Part shown: one piece after another, positions 1 through 8,520 of the stretch | Numbering within the stretch: position 1 is the first letter of the stretch | How the letters are laid out: the number at the start of each line of letters is the position of its first letter | Source of the DNA: an uncultured archaeon | Lineage (GTDB): Archaea; Micrarchaeota; Micrarchaeia; Anstonellales; Bilamarchaeaceae | Reading direction: 5' to 3' | Assembly: GCA_963734525.1 (NCBI GenBank) | Contig: CAVTHI010000008.1 | Location: forward strand, 20,714 to 84,713 | Length of the DNA: 64,000 nucleotides | Notes under the pieces: model-generated | Seen by the model: only the letters and a program-made list of their open reading frames with translations | Told to the model about the DNA's origin: nothing | The model's database searches: none | Program-made: the position numbers and the translations under genes

Positions 1-14
1 AACAGGAAAGGGCG

Positions 15-1088
15 CTATTGCCCGGAAATCGAGCGTATGGCCGCTTCCGATGCCGCCCTGACGAATTCGTTCGGATCGTTCCCGGCCAGTTCCTTCAGCA
101 CCGGCAGGGCGCTGGAGACTTCCATCATCCGGAGCGCATTTGCGGCATCCCCGCGGACAGCGGGGTGCTTATCCTTAAGAGCCCTGAGAAGGGCTGCCTC
201 CGCACGATGGTCGCCGATATTGCCGAGCGAGCGGGCTGCATAGGACCGCAGGGTATTGTCCGGGTGGTCCAGCGCATCAATCAGTGATGGGACGGCCGTG
301 CCGCCCATCGCCACGAAAGATTCCATGTATTGAAGGTGATAATCCGGATTGCCGAATACTATGGCATCGAAAAGGAAGGGGATGGCGGGTTCGCCGAGTT
401 TCCCGAGGGCCGAGATGGCGCTGGCCCGGACATAGTCGGATTTGTCCTCAAGTGCGAGAACGAGCGGCAGCGCCGCATCCGGGGGCTTGAGGATGCCCAG
501 GGCCAGGGCCGCCTTGTTCCTCACGGGCGCCTCCTTGTCCTTCAGCATGCCGATGAGCCGGTTTGCGGATGATGCCGAACCCGCTTTTCCAAGGCCTTCT
601 GCGGCAGCCGCCCGGAAGGCGGAATCATCGCTTTCAAGCATTTTTTCCATCAGGGGAACGGCCCTCGAATCCCCGAATCCGGCGAGGAAGACGAATAGGT
701 CGAAGCCGTATGGATGGCCCTGCCCCGCAAGGCCGATGAGGACTGGAACTGCCCGCGCATCCGCGAGATTGGCAAGCGCTTTTGCGCATATGAGCTGCGT
801 TTCAGGATTCCTGCCCCGGAGCTCGTCAAGCAGGATTGCGGATACCGAAGCGTCGGCGGTTTCCTCCAGTCGCTTGGACGCATCAAGTCTCTCGGCTTCA
901 TTTCCGAACTTGATGGCGTTCAGCAGCCCCCGCATATGCTGCTTTGGGCTGGTCATGCCGGATGCGGGGACGAGCCGGAGAAGCGGCATGTCCCCGGCGG
1001 GCTCGGCCATCGGCATCCTTTGGCGGATGCATGAGGAAAGTGCCATTGCAGCTATTACGGCTGGAAGGATTTTTTTGTCGTGGCGCAT
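15..1088 (-). CDS. HEAT/PBS-lyase-type repeat protein, probably secreted or lipid-anchored
   Basis: ORF 15..1100 starts with GTG; the ATG at 1088 is preferred. Repeated helical motifs are present (DKSDYVRASAISALGKLGEPAIPFL, HPDNTLRSYAARSLGNIGDHRAEAALLRAL, DKHPAVRGDAANALR). The N-terminus KKILPAVIAAMALSSC resembles a signal peptide with a lipobox Cys. Confidence 0.7.
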   Translation of the reverse strand: MRHDKKILPAVIAAMALSSCIRQRMPMAEPAGDMPLLRLVPASGMTSPKQHMRGLLNAIKFGNEAERLDASKRLEETADASVSAILLDELRGRNPETQLICAKALANLADARAVPVLIGLAGQGHPYGFDLFVFLAGFGDSRAVPLMEKMLESDDSAFRAAAAEGLGKAGSASSANRLIGMLKDKEAPVRNKAALALGILKPPDAALPLVLALEDKSDYVRASAISALGKLGEPAIPFLFDAIVFGNPDYHLQYMESFVAMGGTAVPSLIDALDHPDNTLRSYAARSLGNIGDHRAEAALLRALKDKHPAVRGDAANALRMMEVSSALPVLKELAGNDPNEFVRAASEAAIRSISGQ

Positions 1089-1157
1089 AGGTTCTACCAC
1101 AACAGTATATATCTGGAAACATTTAAAGAAATTGTGATTTTATATGGAAAATCATCT

Positions 1158-1895
1158 TTATCTGGCGAGGGGGTATTTCTCCATGTACATCTGGGTCTGG
1201 AGCACGGTGAAGAATGGCAGTATCAGCAGGCAGTTCACGAGCAGGACGAAGAAACCGGAAAACGGGCTCGAGAATACGAGGTCCGCCCCGATTTTTACGA
1301 CCGACACCGACAGAAGCAGGAGCACGGTCCAGAGCATCACGAAGTGCGGGTTCTGGATTGCCATCGCGACCGAGCGCCTTATCGAGGTCGGCGTGTCCGA
1401 GTTGTCTATGACGACGGCCGGAGGCACGAAGAAGAGCAGGAAGGAGAGCGCAAGCACGGCCAGGGGATATATCCATGACTGCAGGGGGTTGTCGTAGGTG
1501 ACGAGCTGGAGTATGAACATTATCAGGAGGAACATGGTCATGATGTAGAATATCCTCATCGCATAGGAACCCATCGCGTTGATTACCTCGTGCCTGATGG
1601 ACGTGAGCGTCCTTTTCGAGCGGATGATGATGTTGATGTTGACGATGGTGTCCCCCATGATGAACATGCCGAGCGCGTAGGCGATCGCCGTGATGACGAT
1701 GTCGAGAAGCGAAAGTTCCGGGAGCGAGCCCGTGCGCAGGAAGACGCCCCCGAGCGCCAGGTATGTCGGGGCAGGCACCAGGATGGGAATCAGGAACGCG
1801 AGGATGAACGGGACCGAAAAGACGATGATAAGGCCCAGCCGCTTCAGGTAGAACTCTTTCGCATACTTGAAAGTCCTCGTTAAGTCATCTTCCAT
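1158..1895 (-). CDS. polytopic membrane protein, function unknown
   Basis: ORF 1158..1973. The internal ATG at 1895 (MEDDLTRTFKYAKEF...) is preferred because the upstream part is Pro/Arg-rich. There are 6-7 hydrophobic segments and high GC3. Confidence 0.6.
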   Translation of the reverse strand: MEDDLTRTFKYAKEFYLKRLGLIIVFSVPFILAFLIPILVPAPTYLALGGVFLRTGSLPELSLLDIVITAIAYALGMFIMGDTIVNINIIIRSKRTLTSIRHEVINAMGSYAMRIFYIMTMFLLIMFILQLVTYDNPLQSWIYPLAVLALSFLLFFVPPAVVIDNSDTPTSIRRSVAMAIQNPHFVMLWTVLLLLSVSVVKIGADLVFSSPFSGFFVLLVNCLLILPFFTVLQTQMYMEKYPLAR

Positions 1896-2095
1896 GCCCA
1901 CACTTCGAGCGCATAATTTAAATAATTCTCGGATATCGCCGCGGGCGGGGATGGATGGGGGTGGGCCGGGCACGAGCCGGAGCGCGCACCGGATGGAGGG
2001 CGGCGCCGGCCCGGGGGATGGGAGCGAGCAATTAGCTTTAAAAAAGGAAGCAGATGAATTAATTCGAAGATTATACGCTTTCTAGAGGTTTTGAT

Positions 2096-2566
2096 ATGAA
2101 GACTATTGATGCGATTGTGGAAGGCGGAAAGGCCTCACCGGGCCCGCCGCTCGCGCCTGCGCTGGCCCCCATGGGAGTCAACATAGGCCAGGTCGTTGCG
2201 AAAATCAACGAGATGACGAAGGATTTCGGCGGGATGAAAGTCCCGGTCAAGGTCCACGTGGACCCGAAGACGAAGACGTTCACCGTGGAAGTCGGCAGCC
2301 CGCCAACGGCCGAAATCATCAAGAAAGAGGCCAAAATCGAGAAGGGCGCAGGCAACAGGGAAGCTCCGGCAGGCAACCTGACCATCGAGAAGGCCATCTC
2401 GATTGCCAAAACGAAAAGGAATTCGCTCGGAAAAGACCTTCGCGATACGCTTAAAGAGGTGCTCGGTTCATGCGTTAGCATGGGAGTCACCGTCAACGGC
2501 AAGAACGCGAAGGAGGCAATAAAGGAGGTAAACGAAGGAAAGCACGACTCGCTGCTCAGTGGATGA
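2096..2566 (+). CDS. rpl11: 50S ribosomal protein L11 (uL11)
   Basis: 156 aa with KASPGPPLAPALAPMGVNIGQVVAKINEMTKDF...VEVGSPPTAEIIKKEA, a typical uL11 sequence. GAGGT lies 8 nt upstream of the ATG. Confidence 0.95.
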   Translation: MKTIDAIVEGGKASPGPPLAPALAPMGVNIGQVVAKINEMTKDFGGMKVPVKVHVDPKTKTFTVEVGSPPTAEIIKKEAKIEKGAGNREAPAGNLTIEKAISIAKTKRNSLGKDLRDTLKEVLGSCVSMGVTVNGKNAKEAIKEVNEGKHDSLLSG

Positions 2567-4232
2567 GGACATGAGACACGCGCTTTTCCTGCTCCTGATA
2601 TTGGCGTTATCCAATGCGTCGCTCGTCTGGCAGTACAGCACGGACGGCGCAGTCAACGGGAAGCCGGTCATCTTCCAGGGCGCCGCCGTGGTCGCCTCGG
2701 ATGACGGCATCGTCTACGGCCTCGACCCCGCGACCGGCGTCCGGCGCTGGCAGACGACGGTCGGGAAAAAGCCCAACGACCTCATTCTCGCGGACAACTC
2801 CATATACGTTTCCACCAGCAACGGCAGGATATCCAAGCTCGGGGCGAACGGCGTGAAGCAGTGGGAGGCGAACCTCAACGTCTCCACGTACAATGTCTCT
2901 AGGCTTTACGGGGCAAGCGTGAACGCAAAGGCGGTCTACGTGACCGCCAACAACGGAGTATACGTAATAGAGAAGAACGGCTCCATAGGGAAGAAGATCG
3001 CCAACTACAACGATACTGTGCTTACGCCGCCCACGGCCGGGACGGATTTCATCCTCTTCGGCAAGGAAGGCGACCTGATGAAGATAAACGAGGCGGGCTC
3101 CGTGCTCTGGAGGACCGGCCTCGCGGAAGGCTCGTTCTGGCTTTCCGAGCCGGTCATCGAAGGCAACGTGGTCTATATCGGCTCCCTCGATGACAAGATG
3201 CACGCTTATTATACGACCAACGGCGCCGAGCTCTGGGGCGTGCGCACCCGCAACTGGGTCGTCAGCACGCCGCTGGTCAAGAACGGCGTCGTATATTTCG
3301 GCAGCAATGACGGGAACGTCTACGCGCTCGACGCCGGAGACGGCAATGCGAGGTGGACCGCGCAGACGCAGCTTGCGGTTCAGTCCCAGCCCGAATCGGG
3401 AGTGATGGGCGGCATAGAGGTCATATTCGCAGGCGGCACGGACAAGAGCATCTACGCGATTTCAACGGAAACGGGCGAAATCGTCTGGAAGGGCTCTTCG
3501 ACCGCGGCGGCCGGCAGCCCCCTGTTCTACCAGAACAAGGTCATTTTCGGCTCGGATGACGGAAAGGTTTACGCCTACAGCACCGAGCGCGCCTGTTCCA
3601 TCACGAACCCGCACGAGGCCGACCTGGTCGGCTTCAAGGAGCTCGTCGTGAACGGCAAGCACGTCTCGGAAAGCGGCGGTGCGACCGTGCTGGTCCAGAT
3701 AAACCAGGGCGAGTGGCTCCAGGCGAACACGACCGATGTCGACTGGGTGTATTACGTCAATCCGAAAACTATGCTCGTGCCCGGGCTCAACGTCATCTCC
3801 TGCCAGGTCTCGGATGCAGGCGGCAGCGAAATCGGCCCGGCGTTCACGACGGTGACAATCAACCATGACCCCGGGACGCCGCTCAGCGACCTGGTCGTGA
3901 CGGTGTCGCCGGACATCATCGAGGGAAGGAACTTCACGGTGTATGTCAACGACGCCGATGACGGCTCTTCCGTCGACAGGTTCAACATCACCGTCGATGG
4001 CAAGGCCTACAAAAAGGACAAGAACTTCACGACGAGCATCGCCACTCCGGGCGAGTACGTCATTTCCGTCAGCAAGATAGGCTTCAAGGACGCGGCGATT
4101 AAAATCAACGTCAACGCGAGCGGCGTCAACCCGCTATACCTCGCGGCCGGCGTCCTGCTGATAGTCATTATCATCTGGCAGGTATGGACCAAGGTCCTGA
4201 AAAAGAGGTTCGCCGCCAAGAAGAAGAAATGA
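2559..4232 (+). CDS. surface-anchored PQQ-like beta-propeller repeat protein
   Basis: 557 aa with an N-terminal signal peptide (ALFLLLILALSNASLV). Repeats match the PQQ/BamB-like propeller pattern (DGIVYGLDPATGVRRWQ, GNVYALDAGDGNARWTA, KSIYAISTETGEIVWKG, GKVYAYS). C-terminal TM anchor plus basic tail LLIVIIIWQVWTKVLKKRFAAKKKK. Confidence 0.8.
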   Translation: MDEDMRHALFLLLILALSNASLVWQYSTDGAVNGKPVIFQGAAVVASDDGIVYGLDPATGVRRWQTTVGKKPNDLILADNSIYVSTSNGRISKLGANGVKQWEANLNVSTYNVSRLYGASVNAKAVYVTANNGVYVIEKNGSIGKKIANYNDTVLTPPTAGTDFILFGKEGDLMKINEAGSVLWRTGLAEGSFWLSEPVIEGNVVYIGSLDDKMHAYYTTNGAELWGVRTRNWVVSTPLVKNGVVYFGSNDGNVYALDAGDGNARWTAQTQLAVQSQPESGVMGGIEVIFAGGTDKSIYAISTETGEIVWKGSSTAAAGSPLFYQNKVIFGSDDGKVYAYSTERACSITNPHEADLVGFKELVVNGKHVSESGGATVLVQINQGEWLQANTTDVDWVYYVNPKTMLVPGLNVISCQVSDAGGSEIGPAFTTVTINHDPGTPLSDLVVTVSPDIIEGRNFTVYVNDADDGSSVDRFNITVDGKAYKKDKNFTTSIATPGEYVISVSKIGFKDAAIKINVNASGVNPLYLAAGVLLIVIIIWQVWTKVLKKRFAAKKKK

Positions 4233-4264
4233 TTTGTCATAATCGGCGCGTTATACCGGGTTTA

Positions 4265-4540
4265 TCATGTTGGGGTGACCGGATTAATACCCAAAGGTCT
4301 ATTTTGGATAAAAAAGCTGATTATTCCAATAATTAAACCCAAGGCAGTTAGTATAAGCATTAATACGGCGATAGAATTTGCATCGAGCAAAGGTTTTTCT
4401 AATAACTGATTTGAAATCGAGACGACTTCTTTAAGATGTTTAATCTTCTCATCTGAAGATAACGTTTTTAGATTGTCATTTAATTCATTTCTGAGTTTTT
4501 CTAGATTATTATGAAGCTGTTTTGGAATCCGTTTTCCCAA
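4265..4540 (-). CDS. small coiled-coil protein with C-terminal TM helix (AT-rich islet)
   Basis: 91-aa ORF. It is the last gene of a same-strand string of overlapping or adjacent small ORFs in a roughly 33% GC islet. Confidence 0.5.
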   Translation of the reverse strand: MGKRIPKQLHNNLEKLRNELNDNLKTLSSDEKIKHLKEVVSISNQLLEKPLLDANSIAVLMLILTALGLIIGIISFFIQNRPLGINPVTPT

Positions 4541-4545
4541 TTAAT

Positions 4546-4833
4546 TTATGAAATGCAATTTTTAAAGAATTGTCTACTTTTGCTAATCGATCGTTTGCGA
4601 CCGCTTCTCCAAACATCAATTAAAAGGTTATTTAGATCTGTCTCAAGTTCAGCCATTGTTGAGGGTTCTATTTTCTTTTCATCTACCTCGCACAGAGATA
4701 GATAACGCCGAGTCATCTCTGCGAATTTATTGAATGCTTGTAAAAATATTTGGCTATTTAATTCCGAATCTTTTATAGCATTTTCTAGGTCGTATGCAGA
4801 ATTTATCAAACGAGTTTTAAAATCGCTTACCAT
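4546..4833 (-). CDS. small helical hypothetical protein (AT-rich islet)
   Basis: 95-aa ORF. Its start overlaps the stop of the upstream 65-aa ORF by 7 nt. Confidence 0.5.
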   Translation of the reverse strand: MVSDFKTRLINSAYDLENAIKDSELNSQIFLQAFNKFAEMTRRYLSLCEVDEKKIEPSTMAELETDLNNLLIDVWRSGRKRSISKSRQFFKNCIS

Positions 4834-5024
4834 CTTGTTGTCACACCCACAATGGTTGAGCTAAATAAAAGTCCGATTACAATTCCAAGTATGAATATTC
4901 CTGCGTCTATAGGATTACTTATTACGAAGGCAAATATGGCTATAAGATAACCAACCGCCATTAGTGCAAACAAAATTTGTTTGTTCTTTAAGATTATATC
5001 AAGAAAGGTTATTTTCTTCAACAT
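4827..5024 (-). CDS. small two-TM membrane protein (AT-rich islet)
   Basis: 65-aa ORF with two hydrophobic helices (ILFALMAVGYLIAIFAFVI, GIFILGIVIGLLFSSTIVGV). Confidence 0.5.
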   Translation of the reverse strand: MLKKITFLDIILKNKQILFALMAVGYLIAIFAFVISNPIDAGIFILGIVIGLLFSSTIVGVTTRW

Positions 5025-5259
5025 AATCCACTCCTGAAGCAGTTAATCTTGCACTTATGAAAACAGAGCCAAGAGCTTTAAATAATGTTACTCTACCTTT
5101 TTCTTCAAGATATAACATATTCGCAGCCAATTCTTATTCAGGTATTTTTAAGACGCTTATTAGGTCATCTCGCGTACTGTGAGCGTAGGGAGTCTTAAAA
5201 TAAATATCATATAGATGTTTCAGAATTTTCTTTCGAATTTCGTCCCGGTTCTTCTCCAT
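4999..5259 (-). pseudogene. winged-helix-like small regulator interrupted by an in-frame TAA
   Basis: My own translation of the minus strand gives MEKNRDEIRKKILKHLYDIYFKTPYAHSTRDDLISVLKIPE-TAA-ELAANMLYLEEKGRVTLFKALGSVFISARLTASGVDYVEENNLS-TGA. Both halves are below the 60-aa ORF-track cutoff. Read through, they form one 85-residue wHTH-like sequence. Confidence 0.45.
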
Positions 5260-5374
5260 CTTCTCAACCCACAAAATTGATATTTGCAAATCTTCTTAAT
5301 GCCCAGTGCTTTATTCGTTTTTTTTAGTATAATAGGTACATTGATACTATTCTCATCTCAGAGTATTGGCGATT

Positions 5375-7131
5375 TCATTCCACCGTGACTGATTTCGCCA
5401 GGTTCCTCGGCCTGTCCGGGTTGATGCCCCTAAGCACGCTCGCGTGGTATGCAAGGAGCTGCAGCGGCACGATGAGCGCGAACGGATAGAGGACGGGGTC
5501 GATGCCAGGCGGTAGCGGAATCGACAGGTCGCTTTCCTTCCTCGCCTCGTCGTCGTCGGTTATGCTCAGGATGAACGCGCCCCTCGCCTTGGCTTCCCGG
5601 ATATTGCCAAGGAGCTTCTGCAAGGTCTCGTCTTTCGGGGCGAGCGCCACCACCGGGACGCCCGGCACGATGAGGCTGAGCGTCCCGTGCTTCAGCTCTC
5701 CGCCGGGATACGCCTCCGAATGGATGTATGTTATCTCCTTGAATTTGAGCGAGCCTTCGTAAGCGATGGGGACGTTCCTCCCCCTCGCGATGAAGAACGC
5801 GTTCTCCTTCCCGGCTATTTTCTGGGCGATGGCCTTGATTTCATTGTCATGGCCGAGCATCGCTTCTATAAGGCCGGATACCGGTTTCAGCTTCTCTTTC
5901 CCGTAGAACATCTTGTAGATGACCGCGAGCTGGGCCGTGAACGTCTTTGTCGCCGCCACGCCCACCTCCGGGCCCGCATTCAGGAATACGACGCAGTCCG
6001 CGAGCGTGGTTATCGTGGAGCCGACGACGTTCGTAATCGCGATTTTCCTGCATCCTTTCCCGAAGCGCAGGGCCTGCAGGACGTCGGCTGTCTCCCCGCT
6101 CTGGCTGATTGCGATTATGAGGGTCTTCTTGTCCGGTTTCGCGATGAATGGGTAGTCGCTTGCGATGTAGGCCTGGGCCACCTTGCCCGAGTTCTGCAGG
6201 AGGTAGGACAGCATGATTCCGGCGTGGAAGGAGGTCCCGGCGGCGATGATATCGACGCGCCCGCATGATTCGATAAGCTTTCCGGCCTCTGAAACGTCGG
6301 ATGCGAGGCTCTCGTTGATGAAATGCTTCTGGTCCGCGATTTCTTTGAGCATGAAGTGGGGATACCCGCCCTTCTGGGCCATTTCCACGTCCCAGTCCAC
6401 GGATATCTGCTTCCGGGTCGCCTCGGACCCGTTGTGTTCGTATATCTTGTAGCCGCTCCTGCTTATGACGGCGATGTCGCCTTCCTGGAGCGGGATGAAC
6501 GTGCGGGTGTATTTCAGCATCGCCGGGATGTCCGAGGCACAGAGCATCTCCCCCTTTCCCGCACCTATGACGAGCGGGCTGTTGCGCCGTGCCATGAATA
6601 GGCGCTCTTCGGTGTCCGAGGCGCTCATGGCGACGATGGCATACGAGCCTTCGAGCATGTTGACCGTGCGGATGAAGGCCTTGAGGAGGGGCTGCGTTTT
6701 GGCGTTCTCCTCGATAAGGTGGGCGATGACTTCGGAATCCGTCTGCGAGGCGAACTTATGGCCCTTGGATGCGAGCTCGTCCCGGAGCTTGGTGAAGTTC
6801 TCTATCACGCCGTTGTGCGCCAGCACTATCTTGCCCGAGCAGTCCGTGTGCGGATGCGCGTTCTCCCTGCATACGGCTCCGTGCGTTGCCCACCGGGTGT
6901 GGCCGATGCCGATGTTTCCGTCCATCGAGGTGAAACGGAGGGCGGCCGAAACCTCTTCCACCATGCCTTTGTCCTTGCGGATTTCAACCTCGGTGGGGGT
7001 CTGCAGGGTTGTCTGTACTTTACGCACCGCTATGCCTACCGAATCGTAGCCCCTGTATTCGAGCCTTTTCAGGCCGTCGGTTATGACCTGCGAAGCCCGC
7101 CAGGACCCACGTATCCTATTATCCCGCACAT
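5375..7131 (-). CDS. glmS: glutamine--fructose-6-phosphate aminotransferase (isomerizing), with an apparent 1-nt frameshift after codon 9
   Basis: 588-aa ORF with LKRLEYRGYDSVGIA, HTRWATHG, two SIS domains and a C-terminal ...NLAKSVTVE. The true N-terminus MCGIIGYVG is read from the ATG at 7131 in another frame. The frames meet at the CCC run at 7106-7108. Confidence 0.9.
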
Positions 7132-7164
7132 CAGTCATCAATACAATGGCAAGATAATAAAGGT

Positions 7165-8343
7165 TTATTTAATGAATTCGACTTTCGCGGTATCCCGGTC
7201 GTAGAGGGCGAGCGTTATCGTTTTCCCCATGCCGGACAAGTCGGCGACATCCTGCGAGCTCCGAAGGAGCCTCTCCCGCACGGCCCGAAGGGTTTCCACG
7301 TCCGTATCCAGTATCACGATATGCCTGTTGCCGTCCTTCTCCCCCACTCCCGGCACATGGCCGCTGTCCAGGAAGCCGGCGTATCTCAATGACCCGATGG
7401 CTGAGAGGGAAAGGGGCTGGCCGCTGGATGCCGCCCTGAAGTCCTCCGTCACGCAGAAAATCTCGTTCGGACTGGAATCGAATATCTGACGTGGGCCGTT
7501 CACCCGGCCAAGCCGGTAGGGGTCGTAGTATATTATCGCATGCGAATACTGGTTTTCAGGCGTTATCCCGTTCGACATGGAATACTCCCACGTCCTGATG
7601 GTGGCTGCCCTCAGTTCCTTGAAGATGTCGTCGGGCACGGCCTGTGTGATGGACAGCCATTCGAGGTCGAAACGGCCTTCCGTCCATCCGCTCCAGTTCT
7701 CGAACAGGGGGTGCACATCGTTGCCCAAGCCTGCCGAATCCAGGATTGCAGAGGCGTTGAGGGCCTGTGTCCTAGCATTCCATCTCGAGAGCATATCTGC
7801 GTCTTCTATGATGGCGACCCCGTGGGGAATGGAATCGATGATGTGGTCGATTTGCGGGTCCCTGGTCTTTTCGCCCTTGATATGGAATTCGTGCGCCGTC
7901 TTCTCCCCGCCGCAGCTCTTGTGAGTCGACACATAGCCCCTGCCGAACGGGTCCAGGACCTTGAAGACCCCCCCTTTCCTGACGACAGAGCCTGCGGTCC
8001 GCTCATGTATCACCGGGTGGCGGAGCAGGGTCATGAGATTGAAAAGCGCGGATCTTGCATCCACGCATTGCTTCACCCCTATCATGTACTCGCCGGGGGA
8101 CGGATGCAGAAGGGGGCCGAAAGATTCGGTGAATTCGGAGACGACCGAGACCACGCGCTCATTGCCGAGCAGCAGCGCCCTCTTGGACAGCTCGATGGGT
8201 ATGGGTTTCTTGTCCCTCATCGCCCCGTATACTGTTTCTATCATGGGCCGCTCCGCATGATTGCGGTAGAAATCGTGTTTCCGTTCATAGAACGTTCTAT
8301 TTGCCTCTGCCAGATAACGTATTTTCGGGCTCGTCATTTTCAT
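7165..8343 (-). CDS. two-domain beta-carbonic-anhydrase-like protein, paralog A
   Basis: 392 aa. The N-half carries LLLGNERVV, KQCVDAR (C-x-D-x-R) and THKSCGG (H-x-x-C-G). The C-half (HAIIYYDP...SSPNEIFCVTED...RHIVILDTD) repeats the pattern without the Cys ligands. It is clearly paralogous to 8521..9720. Confidence 0.6.
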   Translation of the reverse strand: MKMTSPKIRYLAEANRTFYERKHDFYRNHAERPMIETVYGAMRDKKPIPIELSKRALLLGNERVVSVVSEFTESFGPLLHPSPGEYMIGVKQCVDARSALFNLMTLLRHPVIHERTAGSVVRKGGVFKVLDPFGRGYVSTHKSCGGEKTAHEFHIKGEKTRDPQIDHIIDSIPHGVAIIEDADMLSRWNARTQALNASAILDSAGLGNDVHPLFENWSGWTEGRFDLEWLSITQAVPDDIFKELRAATIRTWEYSMSNGITPENQYSHAIIYYDPYRLGRVNGPRQIFDSSPNEIFCVTEDFRAASSGQPLSLSAIGSLRYAGFLDSGHVPGVGEKDGNRHIVILDTDVETLRAVRERLLRSSQDVADLSGMGKTITLALYDRDTAKVEFIK

Positions 8344-8483
8344 CTACCTGGAAGCCCCATAGCAAAGCCAAACCCAGTTGAGGCTGGGGCCGGTTTTGCT
8401 AGGGGGTTGTTTCCGTATTATATAGTGTTTAAAAGTGCTTATAATGGTATCGATTAAATACATATTGAAACTTATTTTGACAC

Positions 8484-8501
8484 AATATAATAATTAATAT
8501 A
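8484..8501 (+). promoter_or_regulatory. TATA-like box for 8521..9720 (divergent AT-rich promoter region 8410-8505)
   Basis: aatataataattaatata is centred about 28 nt upstream of the ATG at 8521. Further TATA-like elements (ttatatagtgtttaaaag) could serve the divergent gene. Confidence 0.4.
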
Positions 8502-8520
8502 CCGGCCGTGGAATCACATC

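Noticed and set aside
2096-2566. uL11 gene outside the usual nusG-L11-L1-L10-L12 cluster as a noteworthy rearrangement
   Set aside because: Only one side of the context can be judged, and dispersal of ribosomal protein clusters is common in several archaeal lineages. It is not informative by itself.
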